Of a DNA stretch of 64,000 nucleotides, positions 63,701-64,000 are shown one piece after another. The stretch covers positions 1 to 64,000 of the forward strand of contig JBIIGV010000233.1 in the NCBI GenBank assembly GCA_044236265.1, given 5' to 3'. Source of the DNA: Oligoflexales bacterium. Its GTDB lineage: Bacteria; Bdellovibrionota_B; Oligoflexia; Oligoflexales; RGVZ01. The notes beneath the pieces were generated by a model that searched no databases, was not told the DNA's origin, and was given only the letters and a program-made list of their open reading frames with translations. Each line of letters starts with the position of its first letter. Within the stretch, counting starts at the first letter, position 1. The position numbers were made by a program, and so were the translations under genes.

Positions 63701-64000
63701 GTCGCATTGACTCCAGCTAACCCGTCGACGTCGCTGATGCCGACCATCTTGGGAACAGCTTCAGAGACATCGACAGTGACTCTCTATTACGACGGAGGAT
63801 GTAGCACTCCTAAGTCGGTTGCTACAGCGAATACTCAGTTTGCAACTCCAGGAATTGCCGTTACCGGTAACGTCAATAGTAACGCTTCAACCGTCATCTA
63901 CGCACAGGCAGTGGACACGGCAGGAAATCTCTCAAGTTGTACAAGCCTTGTGACCTATAACCATGACGGCGTTGGTCCGACCGTAACGAATGTGACGTCT
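33719..64000 (+). CDS. Giant repetitive Ig-like surface lipoprotein / adhesin (3'-partial, at least 10,094 aa)
   Basis: Frame +2 opens after TGA 33695. ATG 33719 (or 33743) gives MFLKRLKFMAQFKAGQALLSIVIFSFLLSC (lipobox). All 14 repeat anchors I located and the last codons (..YNHDGVGPTVTNVTS) are in frame +2. The ORF track lists no terminated frame +2 ORF here, consistent with no stop. Thr/Ser/Val/Ala/Gly/Asn-rich with recurrent D-x-x-G-N and D-x-x-x-P Ig-like motifs. Confidence 0.93.
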   Translation, partial: MFLKRLKFMAQFKAGQALLSIVIFSFLLSCESNFSGKVLNSNRKNNPFATANLLEGQVAFKTTKLSTKARGTRLSGEACTDQATVYLTHFATYQDSLVIEVRKRILSVKADSDGRFKFTNLKEQGVNLQSKNDIYKVEAERCSDYYSRVVTGAQEQNLSAAGTAFDFTLDKTVIKASLGSDDFYAKLEDLDKLYSLADTRNSVEGVLETLRTSRETQKSYSNIFGAEDVTLQNIEPRIVIESVPLKIPATILTRFEVLAVYYSAEFNVDYRWKLDGEVVSTDPGFSWRPTSTQLGLHTIELSVGVRSQFNLDAYLNSKIMNYSINVVEATSDPRTPVVSSFALANAAAGGFINNAHASDAEAVASLVATNYDQASYAIVAPNVTCNESTSFPLASIPTFGSFTVDGSYKVCAKVSRSDGGTVYVATQTLQRDVVIPSVSFVDVLPKAGSTNPKPTIKGTASEASLVSLYYDASCSSAKSSATANTVFASPGMTVASDVNLNNTTTIYAQAVDPAGNPSPCSLMLTYTHDDVTPIVKNIKANVADNGYKAGDVIPIEVEFSEPVKVTGVPTLTLETGSSDVVVNYTSGSDTKFLIFNFTVGSNQTAADLDYISATALSASGGSIQDQVQTDAVLTLPAPGAAGSLSANSNILIDTTIPVVTYASISPSSPGTSLTPAVSMSLSENATVTLYGNSSCSDAISSATALSGTGLQVITTNTLAANAATTIFARAVDGVTNQSVCHSMIVYTHDNIAPTVASFARSSGQNSFTNSVPINFGVQFSEVIDPSTFTASDISNTGTATDIVWTVTDSGDHRNFVVAATQSGNGTLKPSFAATAVSDPAGNAIQSISTSSNDVAYSIALFTVTLNQTAGQVDPANSLPISFTAVFSDEVGTGQFVAQDIVQQGTASGITWNLATTDNITWTITATAITGQGTVVPHIPQDAVLDRYGNKNGASTHTDNSVVYDITAPTITFTNLTPANPSSELRPTLKGTVSEASIVTLYFDSSCSAAKSDAVANTVLPMPGLAPNIDVAADTMTPIYARAIDPAGNISVCTLMVNYNHDGTPPFVVSVGSTKADGFYKAGTVIPIAVNFSENVFVVGTPQITLETGSTDRVVNYSSGSGTPTLVFNYTVQAGDTAADLDYLDTSAFALNGSTIKDWVDNDAVMTLPSTGSATSIAGQKSIVIDTAVPAVSFVSISPVSPGMSRTPSVTVNVSENASGIALFSNPTCGSAISASIAGSSGNNTVVTNTLTADALTPIYAQVTDLAGNVSSCANMTGYQHDGTPAVVTSVSSSLANGTYGVGQVIPIEVSFSEVVYVNGTPFLTLETGATDAVANYASGSGTNKLTFNYTVVAGENTLDLELTSLSAINLNSGTIKDLAGNDSTVTVTPLAGGSSLSGQKAIVVDTTGPTLTYASVSPVPPATSRTPAVTMSLSEPAAVTLYSDSDCSAAISSSVSFAAGVGRTITTNTLTANATTPIFAKGIDAVNNASACTSMIVYTHDDTPPVVMSFARASSQIAQTNSVPINFTLTFSEPINPSSLTAGDISNIGNATGVTWSISNSGDNATFTVSAIAASNGTLQPRLAAASIADHAGNTNVAGADSPNNVGYFVAVLTVTMNQAAGQGDPVNGLPISYNVVFSGAVGANSFTTGDIVQNGTAGGITWTLSTTDNISWLLRATAIATPGTVIPSIAASSVIDEFQNQNAASTSTDNTVVYDITPPTLSFSSLTPSNPSQSMTPTIIGTASEPSTVTLYYDSGCSVAKSATVPNTSFASPGITPTGNVAADTATVIYGMATDTAGNISACTSLVSYVHDGTGPSVTSVTSTLADGPYKAGQVVPVFVNFNENVNLAGTLQLALETGAIDAVLNYVSGSGTSSLRFNYTVVAGDTSLDLDYVSSASLALLTGTLRDAVGNDAVLTLPAPGASGSMGANKALIIDTTAPTMTFSNTLPVSPGNTQTPQVTFTISENVPTVRLFTDNACSVGAAPASTGLMGSNTVTTSALPANTGTSLYVRSTDAAGNVSSCTLLTTYTHDGIPATVTNVSSSSTNGTYGVGNTVAIVVTFSEIVNVTGAPQLTLETGAIDGVANYVSGSGTTALTFNYVVSAGESSLDLDYGSTTALGLNGGTIRDRAVNNADLTLPAVGGASAIAAQKGIIIDTTAPTITYSSISPVPPSASMSAFVTLQVSEASTVTLYSNPGCSAAISSAKAMISGGDQMISTVNLPTNTSTTIYARAVDPVNNVSECTNMVVYTHDNIAPQVDSFTRAATQASYTNSLPMNFTLTFSEPIIPETLTGSDFVNMGTATAVTWGVADSGDHRTFTVSATASGNGTLRPRLASGAITDLAGIGNPLNATSDNSVNYSIAAFTVTVNQAPGQGDPVNSLPINFRVVFSGAVGSNSFTASDVVQNGSAEGVTWNLSTTDNITWTVSATAVNIQGTVIPFISPNTVLDEFGNNNAASTSTDSSVVYDIAAPVLTFASVTPSNPAATRTPTVLGTSSEPSTVTLYYDSDCSTAKSSAASNTVFASPGIALTSNVDADVTTTIYGRAVDVAGNVSICTSLVGYQHDGTSPTVTNVTSTLANGPYKAGQLIPIQVTFSEPVFVTGAMQLTLETGLSDAVVAYTVGSGTSTLTFNYTVAAGNTAADLDYVGTSALALISGTIKDSVGNDANLALPSPGSSGSLGANKSLWIDTTAPVLAFTSINPVSPGISQNPQVTFTVSELVPTLRLYTDAICSAAISGWNTGSAGANTIATSTLAGNVATSIFAQGTDPAGNTSNCTSLTTYLNDGLAPTVTGVTSTAADGTYGGGQVVPIKVDLSEVVFVTGTPQLTLETGASDAVVNYSSGSGTTSLIFNYTIVPGHDSVDLNYASMSALVANGGSIKDLAGNDANLALAALDAASSLASQKAIVIDTTVPVMSYVSISPVPPAQSQTPTVTFSLSEPSTVTLYRESGCSTAISSAIPLAAGPAQSITTNTLTSNAATTIFAKAIDTVTNPSECTQLVVYSHDNTSPAVSSFARNATQPAMTNSLPINFTITFSEPINPSSFVSTDLSNGGTATGVTWFINNTGDNQSFTVSVTNSGNGTIIPRLASGSIADIAGNTNSGITSASNSVNYSVAPYTVSVNQAPTQIDPVNTLPVNFRVVFSSAVGNNTFTPADIVQNGTATGITWSLSTTDNITWTVAATAISGGSGTVIPSIAENTVTDEFGNINGASTSTDNTVIYDVTPPVVTYSSLAPANPSSELRPSFLGSVSEISTVTLYYDGSCANARSATVPNTQFASPGITVNSNVTANNSTIIYAKAVDTANNESACTSLVSYLHDSIGPSVVSVSANIADGSYKAGMVLPITVTFTENVYVNGTLQITLETGTFDAVVNNSSGSGTDTLVFNYVVAPGEVTPDLEYSGSAALALISGTIKDAVGNNAVLTLPATGASGSLGLNKSIIIDTTAPTLTYTNIFPASPGNTQTPQVSLDLTEPVTVLRLYSDASCTAAISPASTGTIGPNTVTTNTLTANASTTIYGQGTDAAGNVSLCTLLTSYQHDGISPTVTSVSSSSANGSYGVGQTVAVTVVFSEPVLVSGTPQITLETGSSDAVVNMTTGTGTNTLTFNYTVRAGDTTGDLDYLSNAALALNGGIIKDPAENLAVLALPNTGGATSIAGQKNIVIDTTAPVITYQSVSPSSPAMSQTPTLTVTMSETATVTLYSNGSCSSAVSTPTVLNGGVGRTISTNALPANTTTTLYAKAVDPVNNVSSCSVMVVYTHDITSPTVSSFTRSAGQLASTNSVPVNFTLTFSEPINPNSFTAADISNFGTSTGVLWTVTNTGDNTSFIVAATVASNGTLQPRLASGGVTDVAGNSNFGNVNSSNTVNYFVAAYTVMVNQNDGQAESTNALPINFTVVFSGAVGNNTFDTSDIVQNGTASGITWSLSSSDGITWNLSATSILGDGTVIPSVAANTVVDEFGNNNGASTSSDNSVNYDVTLPIVAFSSVSPSNPAATLKPTIRGTVTESSTVALYYDSGCSTAKSSAMSNTVFASPGITVTGNVNANTTTAIYAKAVDAVGNVSSCTYLTTYNHDGIGPVVTGVNATMSDANYKAGQTIPITVTFNELVFVTGTPQITLETGSADAIVNYTSGSGTNTLTFNYIVFAGDTSADLDYISTTALTFNAGTIKDGVGNSATLTLAAPGSSGSLGANRAIIIDTTAPVITYNSIAPTSPGISLAPQLTLTLSEAVTAFRFYSDPVCSSPISSSASMGSGSNTRATDTLAANVVTTIYGQSVDQAGNTSLCTMLTSYRHDDVGPTVSSVTSTANNATYGVGAVIPVTVTFTEPVFVTGTPQITLETGVTDAVVNYSSGSGTSTLRFNYTVALGQNTGDLEYVGTSSLSLNSGSILDTAGNAVDLALPALGSAGSIAGQKNIVVDTTAPTLTYESIAPVSPGMSQMPIVTVALSEPANVTLYSDHTCSAAISGSTSLSSGSGQAITTFTLTSNTTTDIYGKAVDPVSNASSCLNLVVYTHDNVAPSVASFVRAAGQPSFTNSIPINFTMTLNEPVDVSTITASDISNTGTATGITWSVTSVSNTVFTVSATSSGTGTLIPRLANGSFQDVAGNVSISQFTASESVNYTASPFTVTINQASSQGDPSATDPVNFTVVFSRAVGSGSFTAADIVQNGSLGSITWTLTTSDDITWNLAASGMAATGTLIPSIASGTVVDLYGNSNAASTSTDNTVNFDITPPTLAFASLSPSNPAATLRPTIRGTASKASTVTLYYDVSCSTAKSAGASNTSFATPGITPTANVNSNTTTIIYAKAVDSLGNASSCTSLVTYSHDGVSPTVTGVSSTLANGPYKAGQLIPITISFTEVVTVTGTPSLTLETGAADSVVNYSSGSGTNTLTFNYTVFNGDTAADLDYVSSAALALNNGSIKDPVGNDATLTLPAPGALNSLGSNKNLVIDTTAPALTYTSILPVPPSSSSTPQVSLSSNEAATNLQLYSNSSCSTAISSPASGTVGGNVISSTGVNLNAPTTVYAQATDSAGNISTCTLMTTYVHDDVPPTITSVSSSSGNGTYRVGQSLAITATFSDPVTVSGVPQLAMETGAVDTVANYSSGSGSSTLTFTYTIALNDTSSDLDYAGTSALALNGGSIIDAAGNNAALTLPAPAGTGSLGAQKALVIQTAPPVLSYTSIAPTSPGTSRQPVVTLSVNEAATVTLYSDSGCGTAISTGTAISTGAGQTITAYTLPSNTGTSIYGKAVAAYGNTSACTNLVVYTHDNIAPTVTSFVKAAGQNSFTNSIPLNFTLTFSEPINASSFTVNDLMNIGTATGVSWEIVPVSSTVYTVSVTSAGNGSVTPQLVSGTVTDPAGNATANNYDSADTVNYTAAAFTVSVNQASGQADPVNVLPVSYTVVFSGAVGSSSFDVSDVTQAGTASGVTWGLSTADNITWTLTATAASSSGTIIPSIAADRVVDAFGNNNSAATSTDKTVTYDITSPTVTFASLSPANPSSSLTPTIRGTVSEASTVTLYYDVNCSTGKSAATASTAFASPGIVVNANVNSNTSTAIYAKAVDNVGNESSCTSLVSYTHDGVSPTITNVTSGLADGTYKAGQVVPVSLTFSEAVTVTGTPKISLETGATDAVVAYSSGSGTNTLTFNYTVFSGDVSADLDYISTTALALDGGTIRDHVGNNAVVTLPAPGTSGSLAANKALVVDTAPPSVTFTSISPVSPGSSRTPQLVVNTSEAMSDIQIYTDASCTTSVSSSQSAGVGSKSITTSPLPANAQSSLYAYGLDIAGNPSACTLMTSYLHDDLGATIAFVTSTSSNGTYGVGNQIVITVRFSEAVYVTGVPQLTLETGASDAVVNYASGSGTNTLSFNYNVLSGQSSVDLDYQSTTSLSLNSGTIKDVSGNNATLTLPTPGDSNSLAGQKDIVIDNTAPTITYTSISPPSPGISQTPTVTMDLSESATVTLYSDNTCTAAISNATLLSGGAGQTVTTISLTPNATTTIYAKGLDAVSNASTCTNLVSYVHDNTPPLASTFARASGQPALTNSLPINFTVAFNEPIAASSFTSADISNGGTATGTTWTVTAVSSNTYTIAATTANNGTLIPRIALGGVTDIAGNATTSMNNSSETVNYSTAALSVVINQAAGQADPVASGPITFTVQFSNPVNPGTFTAADIVQNGTATGISWALTTTDDTTWNLTASGMAGSGTVIPSIADTTVVDVFGNNNAASTSTDNTVTYDITAPSLTFSSLSPSNPGSTLTPSVRGTASKASTVTLYFDSLCSTSKSAATASTAFSSPGITLTGLVNSNTTTTIYAMAVDALGNASGCTQMVVYTHDGAPPTVTSISSTLADGYYMAGQLIPITVTFSENVTVTGTPNLALETGSTDATINYTSGSGSNVLTFNYTVAAGDTSSDLDFVGSSSLVLNGGTIRDVIGNNAILTLPAPGTAGSLAANKALVVDTAAPSLTYTSINPVSPNSSQTPQVTLVLSEAAQNVQLYSNPVCNNAISSSSVGSVGTNVITTTTLLSNATTSIFAKMTDLAGNDSFCVSMTNYANDMTAPGVSSVTSTSTNGTYVVGQTIPVSITFSENVYVTGTPQLTMETGATDTVADYASGSGTNTLVFNYVIALNDASLDLDYHSAGALGANGGTIKDLAGNNAVLTLASPGAASSLGANKAIVIQTTLPTISSASISPASPGSTRTPTVSMTLSDASTVTLYSNSDCSTAISAAKSLVAGSGQTVTTYTLASNVATQIYGKAVAAFGNTSVCTSLISYTHDDVAPFVSSFVRASGQNAFTNSTPVNFTLTLSESINVSTLTAVDISNAGTATNVVWSVASVSSSVFTISANSSDNGTIIPRLAANAVADPAGNTNVAQASATDTVSYTAATYTVTLNQATGQSDPINALPVNFTVVFSSAVGSSSFDVSDITQTGTASGITWTLASADQITWTLSVTAVTTPGSIVPMIASNRVVDEFGNQNGQSASTDNSVVYDTAAPVVTFSSVTPANPSSSLNPRFFGSVSEASVVTLYYDVSCTTAKSSATANTVFASPGILVTGAVNANTTTTVFAKAVDTAGNASVCTNIVTYTHDGIGPTVTDVTTGLANGSYKAGQAVPISVTFSEVVTVTGTPNLTLETGATDAVLAYSSGSGSNTITFNYTVFAGDTSADLDYVATTSLVANGGTIKDAVGNDATLTLPAPGAAGSLGGNKGVIIDTTAPSVSYTSISPVSPGATRTPQVTISLSEAASSVELFSDAGCSASVSAAAAAAAGSNTITTTNLTANGSTSLFAKMTDIAGNASSCSLMTSYTHDGNDPTVTVVSSTKADGTYGTGTLIPITVTFSENVYVTGTPRITLETGATDALVDYTSGSGTTTLTFNYTVGAGEASADLDYESTGALVLNSGTIKDLSGNNANLALPALASASSLAGQKAIVLDQTAPTITFTSINPVSPGMSQTPTLTLSLSEAATVTLYTDSGCSAAVSSATSLASGAGQTIATNSLNANVSTSLWAKGVDLVGNVGSCSSMVTYIHDSAAPTVSTFARAGGSPTNSLPVNFTLTFNEPINPASLTSADFTNAGTATGVAWSVTNSGDSTTFTVAATVSGNGTLQPRLASGGMTDVAGNANASAVTASNSVSYSVAAFSVAINQAAGQSDPVRTLPITFTAVFSDAVNPTTFDASDIVQNGTAGGITWNLSSTDNITWTITASGLGASGSVIPSIASSTVKDTFGNDNAASASTDNTVSYDITVPTFSSITVSPANPAATLTPTVLGVVSKASTVTLYYDSSCTTAKATPAANTVFATPGITVTGNVNPNTTTVIYGQAVDALGNTSLCTNLVTYTHDGAAPTVSGVSANLANGPYKAGQVVPVEVTFSENVTVTGVPQITLETGATDAVVTYTSGSGTNKLTFNYTVFAGDTSADLDYVATTSLALNGGTIKDSVGNNATLTLPAPGASGSLGASKDLVIDTTSPTLAYTSITPVSPGTTRTPQVALTISEGVTNIQLYSNALCNAAVSSAAAGTSGANTITTNNLTADNSTLIFAQATDAAGNASACTSMTSYTHDGTAPTITGVSSTSANGTYRVGQTIPVTVTFAENVYVTGTPSLLMETGSTDTAASYVSGSGTSTLTFNYVVALTDQSSDLDYQSAAALTVAGATIQDLAGNNATLTLAAPGATNSLADQKAIVIQTTKPTIAYTSISPASPGTSRTPTVSMTLSEAATVTLYTDNTCNTAKSAATALSAGAGQTVTSYTLTANAATDLYAQAVGAFGNTSLCTMLVSYTHDSIAPTVTSFVRASGQAAFTNSVPVNFTMTFSEAIDPALFTANDISNSGTANGVTWTVTNSGNNTTFTIAATSSGNGTLIPRLGVTGIADPAGNTNGSPYDTTQNVSYTAATFTVTVNQASGQADPVKTLPAQYTVVFSSAVGNSSFDVIDVSNSGTATGVVWGLATSDNITWTLTATSASSDGTIIPVIAQNTVQDEFGNQNGAATATDRSITFDSAAPTFSGPYTVSPANPSSSLTPTIRGVTSEASTVTMYYDSGCITPKSAGTANTAFVTPGITVNSNVNANGTTTIYAKAQDTAGNESSCTTIVATYTHDSMGPSVTNVTSSQSNGSYKVTAAQIIPISLTFSEAVNVTGTPTLTLETGATDAIATYASGSGTSTLVFNYTVFAGDTSSDLDYAGTAALALSGGTMTDAVGNNATLTLPAPGAAGSLGANKALIIDTTLPTVAFTSISPVSPGASLSPQVTINSSEAGSMELFSTSNCNSSISTAITGSVGANTIATNSLAPNASTSIFAKVTDAAGNASSCTSMTTYLHDGVDPTVTSVSSTAANGSYGTGQTMAITVSFSEVVYVTGTPNLTLETGATDAVINYASGSGTNTLTFNYTVASTHNSLDLDYESTTALLLNGGTIKDVSLNNAVLTLPTVGGVNSIAGQKAIVIDNVVPTITYTSMTPASPAMGLTPTLTMSLSEAATVTLHSDHTCTAPISVDTALSSGAGQTITTQALTANATTSIYAKAIDVVNNPSVCTSLTTYTNDSLAPTVVSFARAAGQGSVTNSVPVNFTITFSEDMSAASFTGADISNTGTATGVTWAVTQVSSTVFTVAASSANNGTLIPRLANASVTDVVGNATTAQADATNSVNLVNGGLTVTVNQASGQADPTNGSTINYTVVFSRAIDPTTFASDDIFQNGTATGLTWTITTSDNITFNLAASGMSATSTVIPSISSTRVKDTFGNDNAASTSTDNTVNYDVTAPTLTFASISPSSPASTLMPMVSGTASKPSTVTLYYDSGCSTAKSSAESNTVFALPGIALTANVSSNTATSIYGKAVDALGNASSCSALTTYTHDGISPTVTNVTAVHADGTFKAGELIPIKVTFSEAVTVTGTPRLTLETGSVDAVVNYTSGSGTAELTFNYTVFAGDTTSDLDYISTSALALNGGTIVDHVGNAASVTLPAVGGVASIAGQKSLVIDTTAPTVAFTSITPVSPSNNLTPAVALTLSETASDVRLYSDSGCSSALSNAANAAAGPYTITTTTLTANQTNNIYARTTDVAGNQSACTLMTNYAHDGVAPTVTSVSASSANGTYHVGQTVAVTVAFSEVVTVSGTPQLTLETGASDAVIDYVSGSGSNTLTFNYTVALSHASPDLDYTSTASLAANGGSVQDGSGNNATLTLPGVGGPNSIAGQKAIVIQTSKPTIAFTSITPSSPGTSQTPTVTMSLSDASTVTLYSDGGCSTAISAPTALSAGAGQSVITQTLAANGQTQIHAQAVAAFSNTSLCTSLVSYTHDNVAPSVTSFARAGGQVEFTNSVPANFSITFSEAINPASLTAADITNAGTAAGVTWTVTNSGNNTTFTVAASTAGNGTIQPRLAIGAVTDPAGNASGSQVDASNSVSYTQATFTVTLNQASGQADPVKTLPVLYTVVFSSPVGASSFTDADIQNQGSGTTVTQWQLETADNVTWTLKAMAVTGNGTIMPVITANSVQDAFGNLNGASTSTDRTVTYDTTAPTLTYVALTPANPSTSLMPTILGTASETSTVTLYYDGGCSTPKSVATANTQFATPGIAVTGNVNSNASTVIYAQAVDTAGNLSSCTSLVTYNHDGVGPTVTNVTS
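35012..64000 (+). repeat. Degenerate ~2.25-kb (750-753 aa) coding super-repeat: 1 short, 12 full and 1 partial unit
   Basis: The Y(Y/F)DxxC anchor is at 35123, 36719, 38975, 41231, 43490, 45746, 47999, 50252, 52505, 54758, 57008, 59267, 61526 and 63785. Spacings are 1596 and then 2250-2259 nt, all multiples of 3. Confidence 0.92.

Noticed and set aside
35012..64000. Assembly artefact or CRISPR-like / satellite DNA array
   Set aside because: The units are clearly diverged at synonymous and non-synonymous sites, all length differences are multiples of 3, and there are no short identical repeats with spacers.
33719..64000. RTX / type I-secreted adhesin (LapA- or SiiE-like)
   Set aside because: No GGxGxD nonapeptides or T1SS genes were seen in the window, and the lipobox and Cys pairs argue for Sec export. 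Not fully excluded because the C-terminus is missing.

Overview
A 64-kb bacterial chromosomal window with no RNA genes, mobile elements or CRISPR array that I can support. The many secreted, Cys-containing orphan lipoproteins and the FliA-like promoters suggest a Bdellovibrionota/Oligoflexia-like diderm, but this is inference only. The left half (1-33.6 kb) holds a tesA-ybbA-ybbP ABC locus and an MFS transporter; a divergent udk / mmsA-URC1-URC4-upp cluster resembling a bacterial version of the fungal URC uracil-catabolic pathway with an oxidative ending; a lipoprotein serine protease with five Cys-rich repeats; several small secreted Cys-rich proteins; a degenerate DEDDh + GIY-YIG nuclease paired with a PD-(D/E)xK + Fe-S DinG/XPD helicase; an MCAD-like acyl-CoA dehydrogenase; a lipoprotein-lipoprotein-FadL-like operon; and a LysM / Pro-linker / beta-barrel protein. 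The right half (33719 to beyond 64000) is a single giant ORF in frame +2, absent from the ORF track because it has no stop in the window. It encodes at least 10,094 aa: a lipoprotein signal followed by about 90 Ig-like modules in a 7-domain, ~752-aa super-repeat that becomes a 14-domain alternating repeat distally. Its C-terminus lies outside the window. All family assignments come from motif recognition by eye; no searches were run.
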